From contig JAWOBF010000063.1 of NCBI GenBank assembly GCA_046498225.1, positions 1-60,007 of the forward strand: a stretch of 60,007 bases of DNA, written 5' to 3'. Both the position numbers and the translations under genes were made by a program. This document shows, in pieces, positions 1 through 8,471 of the stretch (its first letter is position 1; the number at the start of each line of letters is the position of its first letter). Under the pieces are notes generated by a model. That model worked only from the letters and a program-made list of their open reading frames with translations, was not told the DNA's origin and did not search any database. The stretch comes from Candidatus Aegiribacteria sp. Lineage in GTDB: Bacteria > Fermentibacterota > Fermentibacteria > Fermentibacterales > JCC-6.

Positions 1-284
1 GAAACCGCGCAGGTTTACGCGTCGGTTTCGCTCGGTCGCTCTTGGTACATGAATCTCGCGGAAACTCGGCAAAGCCTCGTTTTCCTTAACCGCAGGCCGC
101 GAGTTTGAGTCGTGTCGGGGGCACCAGAATTAATAAACGGAAGCTGAAGAAGCAGATAGAAACCGCGCAGGTTTACGCGGCGGTTTCGCTCGGTCGCTCT
201 TGGTACATGAATCTCGCGGAAACTCGGCAAAGCCTCGTTTTCCTTAACCGCAGGCCGCGAGTTTGAGTCGTGTCGGGGGCACCA
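1..284 (+). repeat. Two direct copies of a 126-bp structured repeat (1-126, 159-284) separated by a 32-nt spacer; each copy ends in a degenerate tRNA 3' half
   Basis: Copies identical at 125/126 nt (T22 vs G180); period 158; each ends ...TTTCCTTAACCGCAGGCCGCGAGTTTGAGTCGTGTCGGGGGCACCA; internal inverted repeats GAAACCGC/GCGGTTTC (perfect in copy 2) and GGAAAC-TC-GGCAAAGCC-TC-GTTTTCC. May extend 5' of the window. Confidence 0.95.
239..284 (+). pseudogene. Degenerate 3' half of a tRNA-Arg(CCT)-like gene (second copy; first copy at 81-126)
   Basis: Layout matches anticodon loop/stem (TTCCTTA-ACCGC vs typical TTCCTAA-ACCGC), variable loop AGGCC, T-loop TTTGAGT, acceptor strand CGGGGGC plus ACCA. 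T-stem pairs poorly and there is no 5' half. Confidence 0.6.
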
Positions 285-337
285 TTCACCGTCCCTGCCT
301 CCGTACGATTACGGTGCGGTCTCTATTGGGGTGCAGA

Positions 338-1273
338 ATGAGAATTATTCCAGAGTACGAGCCTGTGGGCAGGCTGTACTTGAGCTTCGTCAAAAGTTTC
401 TTCCACAGCAGGTTCGACTACGGCCGGACCATCTGCGACATCGCCCGGGAGGTTCCCGGGGATGTCACGGTGGAGATATTCGTGGCTGAGGACGAGAAGC
501 CTCTGCTGTTGAAGATACTTGCGGAGAACGGATTGAGTGAAGACGGAATGGTCCTCAATCCGAACTCGCCCCTCCGCGGAATAATTGCGGAGTACTTTCC
601 CGTGTTCTGCCGGGATGAACAGGGCAGGGGAACAGGCCTGCATTTCAGGAACGATAAACTGGACCTGGCGGACTATCTGCACAGGTTTTCCGGAGACATA
701 ATAGACAGCCTGGGTTTCCGGCCGCTGAGGATGGAGGAGAGTTTCGCCACCGCCCGCATCTCAGTCAACGATGATCTCTGTCTCGTCTCGGAGGAGACTG
801 CGGACAGCGCCGCCGAAGCACGACTCGAGTTCTTCAGGAAAAGTTTCACCTCCCAGCGGTTCATTCCGGTTCCGCCTCTTGCAGGAGACCACACCGGGGA
901 CCTGGACATGTACCTGTGGCCGGTCAGGCCTAAGGTCTGGCTGGTATCGCAGTACCCGGACGGGACGCCGCAGGAGATTTCGGTGCGTCCGGCTATCGAA
1001 GCTATCAGGAATCACGGTCATGAGACTCTGATGATGCCGGGCCTGCCACGGATCGAGTACGATGACGTGAACACGATGCCTAATTACGCCAATGGCATAC
1101 TGCTCAACGATAAGGCTCTCTGTCCATCGTACTCACGTCCTGAGGATGAAGTTGTCCCGGGACTGCTCGAGAAGCTCGGATACGAAGCCGTGCCTGTGGA
1201 CTGCAGAAGGATAATCGAGTCCAACAGCGGCCTTCACTGCATCTCAAAAACGTTACCCTCATCCATACTGTAA
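338..1273 (+). CDS. Agmatine/peptidylarginine deiminase-like protein (amidinotransferase/pentein superfamily), divergent
   Basis: N-terminal 'IPEYEP', 'NYANGILLND...PSY', C-terminal 'SGLHCISK' catalytic Cys motif. ATG 338 preferred over TTG 263, which lies inside the repeat. Confidence 0.8.
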   Translation: MRIIPEYEPVGRLYLSFVKSFFHSRFDYGRTICDIAREVPGDVTVEIFVAEDEKPLLLKILAENGLSEDGMVLNPNSPLRGIIAEYFPVFCRDEQGRGTGLHFRNDKLDLADYLHRFSGDIIDSLGFRPLRMEESFATARISVNDDLCLVSEETADSAAEARLEFFRKSFTSQRFIPVPPLAGDHTGDLDMYLWPVRPKVWLVSQYPDGTPQEISVRPAIEAIRNHGHETLMMPGLPRIEYDDVNTMPNYANGILLNDKALCPSYSRPEDEVVPGLLEKLGYEAVPVDCRRIIESNSGLHCISKTLPSSIL

Positions 1274-1353
1274 TCGGCCTGTCCGGCCGACATAATCGGT
1301 TCCCGGAGGGATCTGCGATTTGCGCCGGGTGGAATCACTCATATACTTAATAC

Positions 1354-2004
1354 ATGCAGAATTGTGCCGCGGAAAAGTACTCCAGGATATCCAGGCTGTA
1401 CGATCTGTTCGAATGGCCGATGGAGAGGTTCGTCTTTCGAAGGCTTAGAATTGAGGCCGTTGACCGCGCCGAGGGAAGGACCCTGGAGGTTGGCGTTGGT
1501 ACCGGAAAGAACCTGGAACACTACCCGGCCGACCTGGATCTGTCAGCCATCGATTTCAGCCCCGGGATGCTGGACGTGGCGGCGGAGAAGGCCGATAAAC
1601 TGGGCCTTTCGAACCTGGATCTCCGGGAAATGGACGTGGAGGCCCTGGATTATGAGGACGATTCCTTCCAGACCGTTATCAGCACTTTCGTCTTCTGTAC
1701 GGTGCCAGAGCCCATGGCGGGTCTTCGGGAGATCAGAAGGGTTCTGAAACCTGAAGGAAGAGCTGTATTCCTGGAGCACATGAAAAGTGACAGCCATCTG
1801 CTGAACTTCTTCCTTCACATCATGAACGTCTTTACCAGGTTACTTCTGGGCACTTCCATGGTCCGAAAGACACTGGACAACATTCAGGCGGCGGGTTTCG
1901 AGATTTTAACGGTGGAGAACCGGCTTTTCGATGTTGTGAGGATTATCGTGGCCGGAAAGGGCCCCGGCCGGATCCAGTCCGGCGATAGAGAGGAGAGCGG
2001 ATGA
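1354..2004 (+). CDS. Class I SAM-dependent methyltransferase (UbiE/PmtA-like)
   Basis: LEVGVGTG motif I, 'DFSPGML', 'FVFCTVP', 'RVLKPEG'. Confidence 0.9.
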   Translation: MQNCAAEKYSRISRLYDLFEWPMERFVFRRLRIEAVDRAEGRTLEVGVGTGKNLEHYPADLDLSAIDFSPGMLDVAAEKADKLGLSNLDLREMDVEALDYEDDSFQTVISTFVFCTVPEPMAGLREIRRVLKPEGRAVFLEHMKSDSHLLNFFLHIMNVFTRLLLGTSMVRKTLDNIQAAGFEILTVENRLFDVVRIIVAGKGPGRIQSGDREESG

Positions 2005-3164
2005 AAAAGAACGGTGAAAGCGGCTTCCAGGAATTGCTGGTATGGTGTCTTCTTCTTGCCGTCACGCTGACATTCCCGGCAGACGAGTGTTCGGCGGAAG
2101 TTGCGGACTGGGCGCCATTTCCGGGGCTGGACGGCATCCTGCTGCCCGAGGGTTTCGGTATCGAGGTCTTCGCCCGGGAGGTGGACGGAGCCCGTTCACT
2201 GTGCCTGGGTGAGAACGGCACCGTATTCGTCGGTTCACGCGGAGCCGGAAACGTCTACGCCCTTGTGGACGAGGATGGCATTCCGGGGGCCGAGACGGTG
2301 CACATCATAGCCGGCGGTCTGGATTCGCCGAACGGTGTGGCCTTCCTGGACGGGGACCTCTTCGTGGCGGAGATCGGCCGCGTGGTAAGGTTCGATGACA
2401 TTGAGGACAGGCTGGAAGACCCGCCCGAACCGGTAGTGGTCAACGATGCCTTTCCCCACTACCAGCTCCACGGGTGGAAGTTCATCTCATTCGGACCGGA
2501 CGGAAAACTCTACGTACCCCTTGGCGCTCCCTGCAACGTGTGCGAACCTGATGATCCCCGGCTCGCCACCATTATGCGGATGAACCCTGACGGAACCGAA
2601 CTGGAGGTTTACGCCCGGGGTGTACGGAATACGGTGGGGTTCGACTGGCACCCGGCAACAGGAGAACTCTGGTTCACGGACAACGGCCGTGACGGCATGG
2701 GCGATGATATTCCTCCCGATGAACTCAACCGGGCTGCGGGAATGGGATATCATTTCGGATTTCCCTACGTGCACGGGTCCGGCATCCCGGACCCGGACTA
2801 CGGCAGCGGGCATGACCCTGATGATTACGTTGCTCCTGAAATGGAGCTTGGCCCTCACGTTGCCGCCCTGGGCATGAGGTTCTACGACGGAGAGATGTTC
2901 CCGGAATCCTGCCGGGGTCGGATCTTCATTGCAGAGCACGGCTCATGGAACCGCTCCTCTCCCATCGGTTACAGGGTGACCATGGTGATGCTGGAGGGGG
3001 GAAGCGCCGTCGAATATGAAGTGTTCGCGGAAGGCTGGCTCTCAGGGGACGAAGCCTTCGGACGCCCCGTTGACGTTCTGGTGATGCCCGACGGTTCCCT
3101 GCTGGTATCCGACGACAGGGCTGACATGGTCTACCGGATATTCTACAGGCAGCCTGACGAGTGA
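2001..3164 (+). CDS. PQQ-dependent sugar/sorbosone dehydrogenase family beta-propeller, secreted
   Basis: Signal peptide; 'FGPDGKLYVPLGAPCNVC', 'GVRNTVGFDWHP', 'HGSWNR', 'GRPVDV...DGSLLVSDD'. Confidence 0.9.
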   Translation: MKKNGESGFQELLVWCLLLAVTLTFPADECSAEVADWAPFPGLDGILLPEGFGIEVFAREVDGARSLCLGENGTVFVGSRGAGNVYALVDEDGIPGAETVHIIAGGLDSPNGVAFLDGDLFVAEIGRVVRFDDIEDRLEDPPEPVVVNDAFPHYQLHGWKFISFGPDGKLYVPLGAPCNVCEPDDPRLATIMRMNPDGTELEVYARGVRNTVGFDWHPATGELWFTDNGRDGMGDDIPPDELNRAAGMGYHFGFPYVHGSGIPDPDYGSGHDPDDYVAPEMELGPHVAALGMRFYDGEMFPESCRGRIFIAEHGSWNRSSPIGYRVTMVMLEGGSAVEYEVFAEGWLSGDEAFGRPVDVLVMPDGSLLVSDDRADMVYRIFYRQPDE

Positions 3165-3176
3165 AAGGAGAGATGC

Positions 3177-3488
3177 ATGGATATGAACCGGCGCAGCACC
3201 GTTGAATGTCCCGCCGGAAAGTGGACCACCATCATCTCGGGTTTCGGCATTGGAGCTTCCAGGACATATACCGTGGCTTTCATTCCGAAATACGATGAGG
3301 ACGTGTCCGGCAGATACGAGGAGAACAGGTATATGTTGATCCTGCCCCGAAAATCCTCTTCCGGTCGTCTTGTGCCGCTGATGAAATTCTGCCGCGACCG
3401 TGCAGACACCTTCTACAGGGTTCGGGTAAGACCGGAGGACGACATCCGGGCCCGGTTCAAGCGGGGTGATGAAAATGCACGCGGCTGA
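3177..3488 (+). CDS. Small hypothetical protein
   Basis: 103-aa ORF with an AAGGAG SD, filling the gap between co-oriented genes. Confidence 0.6.
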   Translation: MDMNRRSTVECPAGKWTTIISGFGIGASRTYTVAFIPKYDEDVSGRYEENRYMLILPRKSSSGRLVPLMKFCRDRADTFYRVRVRPEDDIRARFKRGDENARG

Positions 3489-4341
3489 GATAATGACCGT
3501 GATACTCCTTATGTTTTCAACCGCCGGTTCCTGCTTCACCGCCGATGAAGCGGACCGGTTCGAGCGCCGGTCCGATGTAAGGGCAAACCTGCATGCGGCC
3601 TTTGACGTGATATACAACGGGGAGAAAGAAATACTGGATTTCAGGCTCACGGACCTCCAGGTGGCATTGCTGGACGGCTGCCAGCTGGCAAAGCTTCGAA
3701 ACGCCGTTTACGCCAGGTACGGCCTCATTTTCGTCAGCGATGATGTAAGGGAGCACTTCCAGAGTTTTGAATGGTACCGCCCCCTGCACGAGGACGTAAG
3801 CGATGAGCTTACCGAGACAGATCTGTGGAACATCCGGCTCATCAGGCATTACGAGGACAGGCTGGAAGATGACGGTTCCGGCCCTCCGGAGGGAACTGAC
3901 CTTACAGGTTTCTGGCACGGCAGCCCTTCGGTGGGCTCCGGCTATTCCGACCTCTTTCTTCTATTCGATGACGGTAACTTCGCCTACCGTGAGAACAGCA
4001 TGGACGGCTCCAGAAGGCTCAGGGAGCTTTCCGGCCGCTGGCGGGTGGAAGGCAGCCACCTGGTCCTGGAAGCTGATTCGGCCGTTTTCCTGGAGGGTGG
4101 AGAAATAGTGGAGCCCTACGCGTCCTGGGGCTCGGAGTACGTGATAGAGGGCGCCGATATTGCGGGGAGAAAGCTGATCGGAATGGAAGCACTCCGCCTG
4201 CCCATGGACGGCTACACCTCGAATTACGCGGAAAGTTCCGGCTCTGCGGACTTTGAGCATCTTACCGTACCCTACATGCGCATCGGAATCGGTGGCTACT
4301 GGCGGATAGACCGGGACCCGGATATGGAACGGCTGAACTGA
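3469..4341 (+). CDS. YARHG domain-containing secreted protein
   Basis: 'LRNAVYARYGLIF...F...WY.P...L...D..NI.LI' YARHG-type motif; N-terminal hydrophobic signal. Confidence 0.85.
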   Translation: MKMHAAEIMTVILLMFSTAGSCFTADEADRFERRSDVRANLHAAFDVIYNGEKEILDFRLTDLQVALLDGCQLAKLRNAVYARYGLIFVSDDVREHFQSFEWYRPLHEDVSDELTETDLWNIRLIRHYEDRLEDDGSGPPEGTDLTGFWHGSPSVGSGYSDLFLLFDDGNFAYRENSMDGSRRLRELSGRWRVEGSHLVLEADSAVFLEGGEIVEPYASWGSEYVIEGADIAGRKLIGMEALRLPMDGYTSNYAESSGSADFEHLTVPYMRIGIGGYWRIDRDPDMERLN

Positions 4342-4423
4342 GAAGGCCGGGCCGCATAATTCTTCTGAAGGTGGTGACAATGAAGCAAATGTCAAAGGGA
4401 TCCTGCGGAAAACCGGTTCGGCC

Positions 4424-5452
4424 ATGAAGGCCATGCGGCTTCATGCGGTAGAGGATATGGGAAGGAACCCCGAGCCTCTTTCCCTGGACGACGTTCCGGT
4501 GCCGGAGCCCGGCCCGGATGAACTGCTTCTGCGTGTGCTGGCCTGCGGAGTGTGTCATACGGAGCTTGATGAGATAGAGGGGAGGACCCCGCCCCCGGAG
4601 CTGCCTGTAACTCCCGGGCATGAGGTAGTGGGAAGGGTGGTGGAAGTCGGCGGAGAAGCCGACCCGTCCCTTGCCGGTTCCAGGATGGGGGTGGGCTGGT
4701 TCTACTCCTCCTGCAGCGAGTGTGAATACTGTCTCGAAGGTAACGAGAACCTGTGCGGCGATTTCCGGGCCACGGGCAGGGACGCTGACGGAGGGTACGC
4801 CCAGTACATGACGGTTCCCCGGAGGTCCGCCTTCCCCATACCAGGCCACCTGACCGCCTCCGGCGCCGCTCCGCTTCTGTGCGCCGGGGCTGTTGGCTAC
4901 AGGTCCCTCCGGCTCACCGGGATCGAGGATGGAGACAGTGTGGGACTCACCGGTTTCGGAGGCTCCGCCCACCTGGTCCTGAAGATGGTAAGGGGCAGAT
5001 TCCCGGAAAGCGACGTGTTCGTTTTCGCCAGGGATCCCTGCGAGAGGGACTTCGCGCTGGAACTGGGCGCGGTGTGGGCCGGCGACATCCATGAAATATC
5101 GCCCGTCATGCTTCGCGCCATCATCGACACCACCCCGGTGTGGAAGCCCGTGGTGGAGGCGATGAACAGCCTGGCTCCCGGGGGACGGCTTGTGATAAAC
5201 GCCATCCGCAAGGAGAACGGGGACAGGGAATACCTTCTGGAACTGGATTACACTCGTCATCTGTGGATGGAGAAGGAGATCAAGAGCGTGGCCAACGTAA
5301 GCCCGCGCGACATATCGGAGTTCCTGGACCTTGCGGGAGAGGTGCGAATTCAACCGGAGGTAACAGAATATCCTCTTGAGGAGGCCAACCGCGCCCTTGC
5401 AGCTCTCCGGTCCGGGGGTATCAGGGGGGCAAAGGTCCTGAAGATGACCTGA
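4424..5452 (+). CDS. Zinc-dependent alcohol dehydrogenase family protein
   Basis: 'CGVCHT', 'PGHEVVG', structural CxxCxxCx7C, 'LLCAG', 'GFGGSAH'. Confidence 0.93.
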   Translation: MKAMRLHAVEDMGRNPEPLSLDDVPVPEPGPDELLLRVLACGVCHTELDEIEGRTPPPELPVTPGHEVVGRVVEVGGEADPSLAGSRMGVGWFYSSCSECEYCLEGNENLCGDFRATGRDADGGYAQYMTVPRRSAFPIPGHLTASGAAPLLCAGAVGYRSLRLTGIEDGDSVGLTGFGGSAHLVLKMVRGRFPESDVFVFARDPCERDFALELGAVWAGDIHEISPVMLRAIIDTTPVWKPVVEAMNSLAPGGRLVINAIRKENGDREYLLELDYTRHLWMEKEIKSVANVSPRDISEFLDLAGEVRIQPEVTEYPLEEANRALAALRSGGIRGAKVLKMT

Positions 5453-5517
5453 ACCGCCGTCCCTTCGCTCCACCCCTCACCCGGGTTTCGTGCTGCGGCG
5501 GCCAGTGTTACTACTTT

Positions 5518-5546
5518 TTGACAAGGCGCTTTGCTATGTTTAGTTT
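5518..5546 (+). promoter_or_regulatory. Putative sigma70 promoter
   Basis: TTGACA-17nt-TAGTTT upstream of the 5583 gene. Confidence 0.55.
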
Positions 5547-5582
5547 TGCGTTTCTATCAACACCAGACACATGGAGGGAAAA

Positions 5583-6434
5583 ATGCGTTACGTTACCGCT
5601 CTTCTCTGTTTTGCGATGCTGGCCTTCGCCGGAATCGACGGGCAGACCGGTTCTTCCGCCCCGATGGTCAGCCGGCCGGTCCAGGGAACCGACGATATCA
5701 GTTTGACCGTGGAGAACACTTTCGACCCGGTCACAAAGGCGCTGGGCCTGGACATCTACGAGGACGCCGCCGTTACATACGTCCTGGGGACCAACAACGT
5801 TGATATGATAGTACAAGCCTACGATGCCTACTCCGGAGGCGCGCTGGGCAGCCTTCCCCTGGACCCCGCAAATTCCAGCTGTTTCGGAGTCGCCTGGAAC
5901 AACGACCCGGTGGATGATACCTACTTTACCTCGGACTGGGGCAGCAGCAACCTGTTCTACACCGAGAACTTCGGAGTCAGCTGGAGCACATATCCCAGTC
6001 CGGCAGGCAGCGCCGCCCGGGGCATGGACTTCGACGGCACCGATTACTGGACCACCAACGGTACGGGTGGCGGTCTCTGGAGGTTCCAGCCCGGTGTGGG
6101 TGAGAGCAACCTGTCCATTCCCGAGATCACCGACCAGCCCAGCGGTGTTACCACCTTCCCCTACCAGGGAGACGTGGGTGTGGCGGTTACCGCATATAAC
6201 GTCCACAGTATCTGGTTCTACGTATGGGACAGCACTTCGCTTACCTTCCTGGGTTCGGCACCATGTCCTCTGCCCTGCGGATCATCCTACGGACTGGCTT
6301 ACAGCGCCAACACGGACACCATCTTCTGGAGCTACCGCGATACCGGCAACAACTACAAGATATCCGAGCTGTCCTTCGACATCAGCGTAGCCCTACAGCA
6401 GGATACCTGGGGGTCCATCAAGTCCACGTTCTAG
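5583..6434 (+). CDS. Secreted beta-propeller-like protein with C-terminal 'TWGSIK' motif
   Basis: GGAGG SD; signal peptide MRYVTALLCFAMLAFA; beta-rich repeats ('RGMDFDGTDYW', 'YGLAYS'); ends ALQQDTWGSIKSTF. Confidence 0.8.
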   Translation: MRYVTALLCFAMLAFAGIDGQTGSSAPMVSRPVQGTDDISLTVENTFDPVTKALGLDIYEDAAVTYVLGTNNVDMIVQAYDAYSGGALGSLPLDPANSSCFGVAWNNDPVDDTYFTSDWGSSNLFYTENFGVSWSTYPSPAGSAARGMDFDGTDYWTTNGTGGGLWRFQPGVGESNLSIPEITDQPSGVTTFPYQGDVGVAVTAYNVHSIWFYVWDSTSLTFLGSAPCPLPCGSSYGLAYSANTDTIFWSYRDTGNNYKISELSFDISVALQQDTWGSIKSTF

Positions 6435-6468
6435 CCTGCCGGTCCCGCCGGAACATTCCTGAGAACTT

Positions 6469-6500
6469 AGCCCGGGCGCAATGCCCGGGCTTCTTCGTTT
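6469..6500 (+). terminator. Rho-independent terminator
   Basis: AGCCCGGGC-GCAAT-GCCCGGGCT followed by TCTTCGTTT. Confidence 0.65.
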
Positions 6501-6584
6501 CGTGCGCCCGGCAGCGCCCTAATACATACTTCCCCGCAAGGAATTGCATATATTCGTCAGAACCGTGAACCGGAGGTTTTATCG

Positions 6585-8471
6585 ATGTGCGGCATCAGCG
6601 GCATAGTTTCCAGCAGCCTCAGCAGCGATGAACTCATGGCGAGGCTGCGGGAGATGGGTTGCCTGCAGCGCCATCGCGGCCCCGACGACTCGGACGAGAA
6701 GGTGTTCACTGTTGGGAAGGCCAGGGTGGGGCTGGGATTCGTCAGGCTATCCATACTGGACCTGGAGACGGGTATGCAGCCTGTCGTGTCGGAGGATGAC
6801 GGGTGCGCCATCATCTGCAACGGCCAGGTGTACAACTACCTGGAGCTGAAGGACGAAGTCGTATCGGAGGAGTTCGTAACCAGGGGGGATATCGAGGTAG
6901 CCCTGCATCTCTACAGGAAAAAGGGGCTGGCTTTTCTGGATTCCCTGAACGGGATGTACGCCGGAGCCGTGCTGGACCCCCGGAGGAAGAGGCTGGTCCT
7001 CTTCCGCGACAGGTTCGGGATCAAGCCGCTCTACTACGCGCACAACGGAGGGAGTTTCTTCTTCGCCTCCGAGATAACGCCCCTTCTCCGGGGCAGCGGC
7101 ATGGTCCCGGAACTGAACCGGGAAGCCCTTCCCGTCTACTTCTCCTACCGTTACGTTCCGGGGAGGAACACCATGTTCCACGGCATTCACAGGCTTCCTC
7201 CCGGCTCCTTCATGATATATGACCTCGAGAGGGATTCTTTTGAGGTTCACAGGTACTGGGAATACCTTCCCGAAGCCGCAGGCGCTACCATGGACCTGGA
7301 GCAGGCGGAGGAACGATTCATGCAGCTGCTGCGGGACGCGGTAAGGATACGTATGCGGTCTGATGTGGAGGTAGCCAGCCTGGTTAGCGGAGGAATTGAT
7401 TCCTCCTCCGTCGCTTCCCTGGCGGCTGTGCTTCAGCCTGAACTGAAACTCTTTACGGTATCCTTCGACGATCCCCTCTACGATGAGCTCGACGATGTAA
7501 GAAACCTTATGCGGGATATGCCCGAAGTATTCGGCGGGGCTGAGCTGATAAGCCGCACCTGCGGGCCGGATTCGCTGAAGGACCTGCCCGAGCTCATCGG
7601 ATCGGTGGAGGACTGCATATCCCTGGGAACCATCCTGCCCACCGATCAGGTCTGCCGCCTTGCCTCCGAAAGGGTGAAGGTGGTGCTCACCGGAGAGGGC
7701 GCGGACGAGGTCTTCGCAGGCTACAGAAAATTCCTTCTGGAGATGGCAGCCGATGAGATGGGTTCCATGTCACCGGCTGAAAGGAAGCTGCTGATGCGGG
7801 ATTTCCCCGAACTGGAAAGCTACCTTGCGGCCAGGGCCCCGGACCCCTCCGTGAGGTTCATTCAGAGCGAACTCCTTTTCAGCCCCGAGGAGCTTTCGCG
7901 TCTCCTCGGAAGCAGAACGGAAACGGTTCCCTTCCCGCGGGACGCCATGCCGGACGTGACGGAGGGGATGCACCCGCTGAACCAGCTGCTGGCGATGGAG
8001 TGCAGGTCACGGCTGCCGGATTACGTGGTGCTGAGGCTGGACAAACTCTCCATGCGCCATTCCCTGGAGACCCGTACGCCCTACCTTGATTACAGGCTGG
8101 CGGAATTTGCCGCCGGCCTGCCGGTCCGGCTCAAGGTTAACCTTGCCTCCAGAATGGGCAAGTACATCTGCAGAAGGGCCCTTGCCAGGTATGGTGTGGT
8201 GAACAGGGCCACCGCCTTGCGGGGGAAGAAGCCGTTCACCATTCCCATGGCGGCCTGGCTCCTTCGGGGCAATGACCTTCCAGATTTCGTGGGGGAGATC
8301 CTTCGGGGCGGTTCCCGGAGCCTGGCGGGATACCTGGACATGGAAATGGTGGAAGAGATGTGGAAGGGCGTCACCGCCCGGGGAGTGGGTCCCGATACGC
8401 TGGTATCAGAAGCCGACAGGGTATTCGCGGTTCTCACCTTCGGCCTCTGGCTGGAAGAGTTCGGAGCATGA
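6585..8471 (+). CDS. asnB: Asparagine synthase (glutamine-hydrolysing) family amidotransferase
   Basis: MCGI Ntn Cys, 'HRGPD', 'NGQVYNY', 'RDRFGIKPLYY', 'SGGIDSS', 'TGEGADEVFAGY'. Confidence 0.92.
   Translation: MCGISGIVSSSLSSDELMARLREMGCLQRHRGPDDSDEKVFTVGKARVGLGFVRLSILDLETGMQPVVSEDDGCAIICNGQVYNYLELKDEVVSEEFVTRGDIEVALHLYRKKGLAFLDSLNGMYAGAVLDPRRKRLVLFRDRFGIKPLYYAHNGGSFFFASEITPLLRGSGMVPELNREALPVYFSYRYVPGRNTMFHGIHRLPPGSFMIYDLERDSFEVHRYWEYLPEAAGATMDLEQAEERFMQLLRDAVRIRMRSDVEVASLVSGGIDSSSVASLAAVLQPELKLFTVSFDDPLYDELDDVRNLMRDMPEVFGGAELISRTCGPDSLKDLPELIGSVEDCISLGTILPTDQVCRLASERVKVVLTGEGADEVFAGYRKFLLEMAADEMGSMSPAERKLLMRDFPELESYLAARAPDPSVRFIQSELLFSPEELSRLLGSRTETVPFPRDAMPDVTEGMHPLNQLLAMECRSRLPDYVVLRLDKLSMRHSLETRTPYLDYRLAEFAAGLPVRLKVNLASRMGKYICRRALARYGVVNRATALRGKKPFTIPMAAWLLRGNDLPDFVGEILRGGSRSLAGYLDMEMVEEMWKGVTARGVGPDTLVSEADRVFAVLTFGLWLEEFGA

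Noticed and set aside
1..284. CRISPR array
   Set aside because: The repeat is 126 bp (far above CRISPR repeat length), there are only two copies, and no cas genes are in the window.
159..284. Functional tRNA or group I intron-containing tRNA
   Set aside because: No 5' acceptor strand or D-arm, a mismatched T-stem, and TTTGA instead of TTCGA; the insert of about 55 nt is too short for a group I intron.
15..337. ORF 15-230 (-) and the 263-337 N-terminal extension of the deiminase
   Set aside because: Both are read from the non-coding repeat; family similarity starts at Met 338.
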